Source: Mustelus asterias | Lineage: Eukaryota | NCBI RefSeq assembly: GCF_964213995.1 | Contig: NC_135811.1 | Coordinates: forward strand, 110,298,001-110,362,000 | Reading direction: 5' to 3' | Length of the DNA: 64,000 bases | Shown here: one piece after another, positions 61,402-64,000 of the stretch | How the letters are laid out: each line of letters begins with the position of its first letter | Numbering within the stretch: position 1 is the stretch's first letter | The notes under the pieces: generated by a model | The model's input: only the letters and a program-made list of their open reading frames with translations | Database searches by the model: none | Told to the model about the DNA's origin: nothing | Position numbers and translations under genes: made by a program

Positions 61402-62137
61402 TGTAACAGAGGGTTTAGAATAACTTGGGACTAAAAGACTAACAAATCAGGGTAGATTAATTTAGAGTGAAGTCACAAAGTGCCTGGAATATATCTTACA
61501 AAGGTACTGTTTGCATAGAGACACATATAACCAATGTTAGAGAATTTAGACATGTATTTCTAAATATTCTGTATTAAAAGCATATCCCTTGGTCAACAGC
61601 ACAATGCTCTAAGGCATGATTGGGACTTAGTCAAGTAAAAAGAACAACATTCTTTGGAACAATACAGCTACTGAGTGCAGGGGAAAATAACAATTCTTAT
61701 CCGGGTCTCTAGGCGGTCTTCCAAGGACTGCTAGAGTTCTCAGCTAGGCCAAATGAATAGACAATACAATATACAAGATAAGGGAAAGTCTAGAGTATCA
61801 GGAGACGGTGACAAACTCTTAAAATTCATGAACTAATCGTGCAGTCCCATGCTGTCCAGGAGTAAATGTTATTGGCCAAGGTAAGTAATCCATACTAATA
61901 ATGATTGGCTCACACCGGCTGGGGTGAGCAGAGAGGTGGGCAAATGACTTTTGAAAATTGTATAATTGTAATACTGAGAGTGATGTACTTTTAGAGTGGT
62001 TTTGGATCATCAGCAAAACTGCTCTCCCTCGCTGAGTTGAACCAGGCCTGGGAAATAAAGGAGAGTCTTTAACCAGAATACTGTCTTTGTATTAGCTGAG
62101 CCAGCTTAATGCTTAGTCACTTAAAAAAGCTCCAACA
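61402..62137 (+). mobile_element. Solo-LTR-like element (736 bp) inserted in a CR1 relic
   Basis: TGTAACA...TCCAACA termini, AATAAA at 62054, flanked by a 22-bp direct repeat TCACATCCTTCCTATAGTGAGG (61380-61401 and 62138-62159). Confidence 0.7.
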
Positions 62138-62614
62138 TCACATCCTTCCTATAGTGAGGTGACCAGAACTGTACACAATAGTAATGGCTCACAACGTATC
62201 CAGCCAGCTCCAGAGTTGCATTGAGTAACACTGGCCAGAATTACGATATTTTAGCAACATTGCTGGACAAAAATAACGTGTGTTCATCAGAAACAAACTA
62301 TTCACATTTGAAGTTAGCAACCATTGTACTTGTAACATATGAAAGCCAGAACTGCTTCCAAGATCTGGTTCAGTGTCTGTTCTTTTCAGCATTGGATGTG
62401 GGTATCGTTGTCAAAGTCGAATGAATCCTCATGTCTTTTAAGTTTGATAAAACTGAGTGTCCGTTAGGTCACTGTCGACAGCAGTTAACAGTGAACCACG
62501 TTGATGTGGCCTTAGGAGGAAGCACAGCATAGATTTACCAGAACGATCCCTGAACTTCAAAAGTTCATGGGAGAAATTGTTTTGAGTTCCACAGAGCTTG
62601 GTATTATGGGTTCC

Positions 62615-64000
62615 ATTGCTTCTATTTGTGATATATATAAATGATTTGGAAGAAGGTGTAACTGGTGTTATCAGCAAGTTTGCGGATGACACAAAGATGG
62701 CTGGACTTGCGGATAGTGATGAGCATTGTCGGACAATACAGCAGGATATAGACAGGCTGGAAAATTGGGCGGAGAAATGGCAGATTGAATTTAATCCAGA
62801 TAAATGCGAAGTGATGCATTTTGGAAGAACTAATATAGGGGGGAGTTATACAATAAATGGCAGAGCCATCAAGAGTATAGAAACACAGAGGGACCTAGGT
62901 GCGCAAGTCCACAAATCCTTGAAGGTGGCAGCACAGGTGGAGAAGGTGGTGAAGAAGGCATATGGTATGCTTGCCTTTATAGGACGGGGTATAGAGTATA
63001 AAAGCTGGAACAAAGAACAAAGAACAGTACAGCACAGGAAACAGGCCCTTCGGCCCTCCAAGCCTGTGCCGCTCCTTGGTCCAACTAGACCAATCGTTTG
63101 TATCCCTCCATTCCCAGGCTGCTCATGTGACTATCCAGGTAAGTCTTAAACAATGTCAGCGTGTCTGCCTCCACCACCCTACTTGACAGCGCATTCCAGG
63201 CCCCCACCACCCTCTGTGTAAAAAACATCCCTCTAATGTCTGAGTTATACTTCGCCCCTCTCACCTTGAGCCCGTGACCCCTCGTGATCGTCACTTCTGA
63301 TCTGGGAAAAAGCTTCCCACTGTTCACCCTATCTATCCCCTTCATAATCTTGTACACCTCTATTAGATCTCCTCTCATTCTCCGTCTTCCCAGGGAGAAC
63401 AACCCCAGTTTACCCAATCTCTCCTCATAGCTAAGACCTCCAAACCAGGCAACATCCTGGTAAACCTTCTCTGCACTCTCTCTAACGCCTCCACATCCTT
63501 CTGGTAGTGCGGCGACCAGAACTGGATGCAGTACTCCAAATGTGGCCTAACCAGAGTTCTATACAGCTGCATCATCAGACTCCAGCTTTTATACTCTATA
63601 CCCCGTCCTATAAAGGCAAGCATACCATATGCCTTCTTCACCACCTGTGTTGCCATCTTCAAGGATTTGTGGACTGGCACACCTAGGTCCCTCTGTGTTT
63701 CTATACTCTTGATGGCTCTGCCATTTTTTGTATAACTCCTCCCTACATTATTTCTTCCAAAATGCATCACTTCGCATTTATCTGGATTAAATTCTATCTG
63801 CCACCTCTCCACCCAATTTTCCAGCCTATCTATATCCTGCTGTATTGCCCGACAATGCTCATCGCTATCCACAAGTCCAGCCATCTTCGTCTGATGTTGC
63901 AGCTGTATAGAACGCTGGTTAGGCCACATTTGGAGTACTGCGTCCAGTTCAGGTCGCCGCACTACCAGAAGGATGTGGGGGTGTTAGAGAGAGTGCAGAG
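62615..64000. mobile_element. Plus-strand CR1 interrupted by an antisense copy of the same subfamily (63009-63889)
   Basis: The plus copy breaks at AAAAGCTGGA and resumes at GTCTGATG (~63890). The insert is nearly identical to 37813-38705. Confidence 0.88.

Overview
Repeat-rich vertebrate genomic DNA. The CR1 LINEs, HE1-type tRNA SINEs and Deu-domain SINE relics suggest a shark (inference). It corresponds to the PNMT-TCAP neighbourhood. Genes read from the sequence: (1) the first coding exon of PNMT on the minus strand, with the rest of the gene beyond the left edge; (2) two complete two-exon telethonin (TCAP) genes in inverted orientation (18007-19303 + and 46146-44874 -), with identical 176-aa products but unrelated flanks and 3' UTRs and a diverged intronic microsatellite; (3) a complete five-exon melanoregulin-like gene (60593-50385 -, 234 aa) that the ORF track does not show as a unit. 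The remainder is CR1, RTE, Tx1, Penelope-like and Gypsy relics, SINEs, MITE-like elements, a solo LTR, kb-scale minisatellites and an N-gap (41810-42376). Most notable observations: apparent concerted evolution of the inverted TCAP pair, alongside several other inverted copying events; a ~318-bp retroposed element headed by U2 snRNA sequence with an 18-bp target-site duplication; and a U_UUA_AAC -1 slippery site at the ORF1/ORF2 junction of two different CR1 subfamilies. All identities were judged by eye, and no database searches were run.
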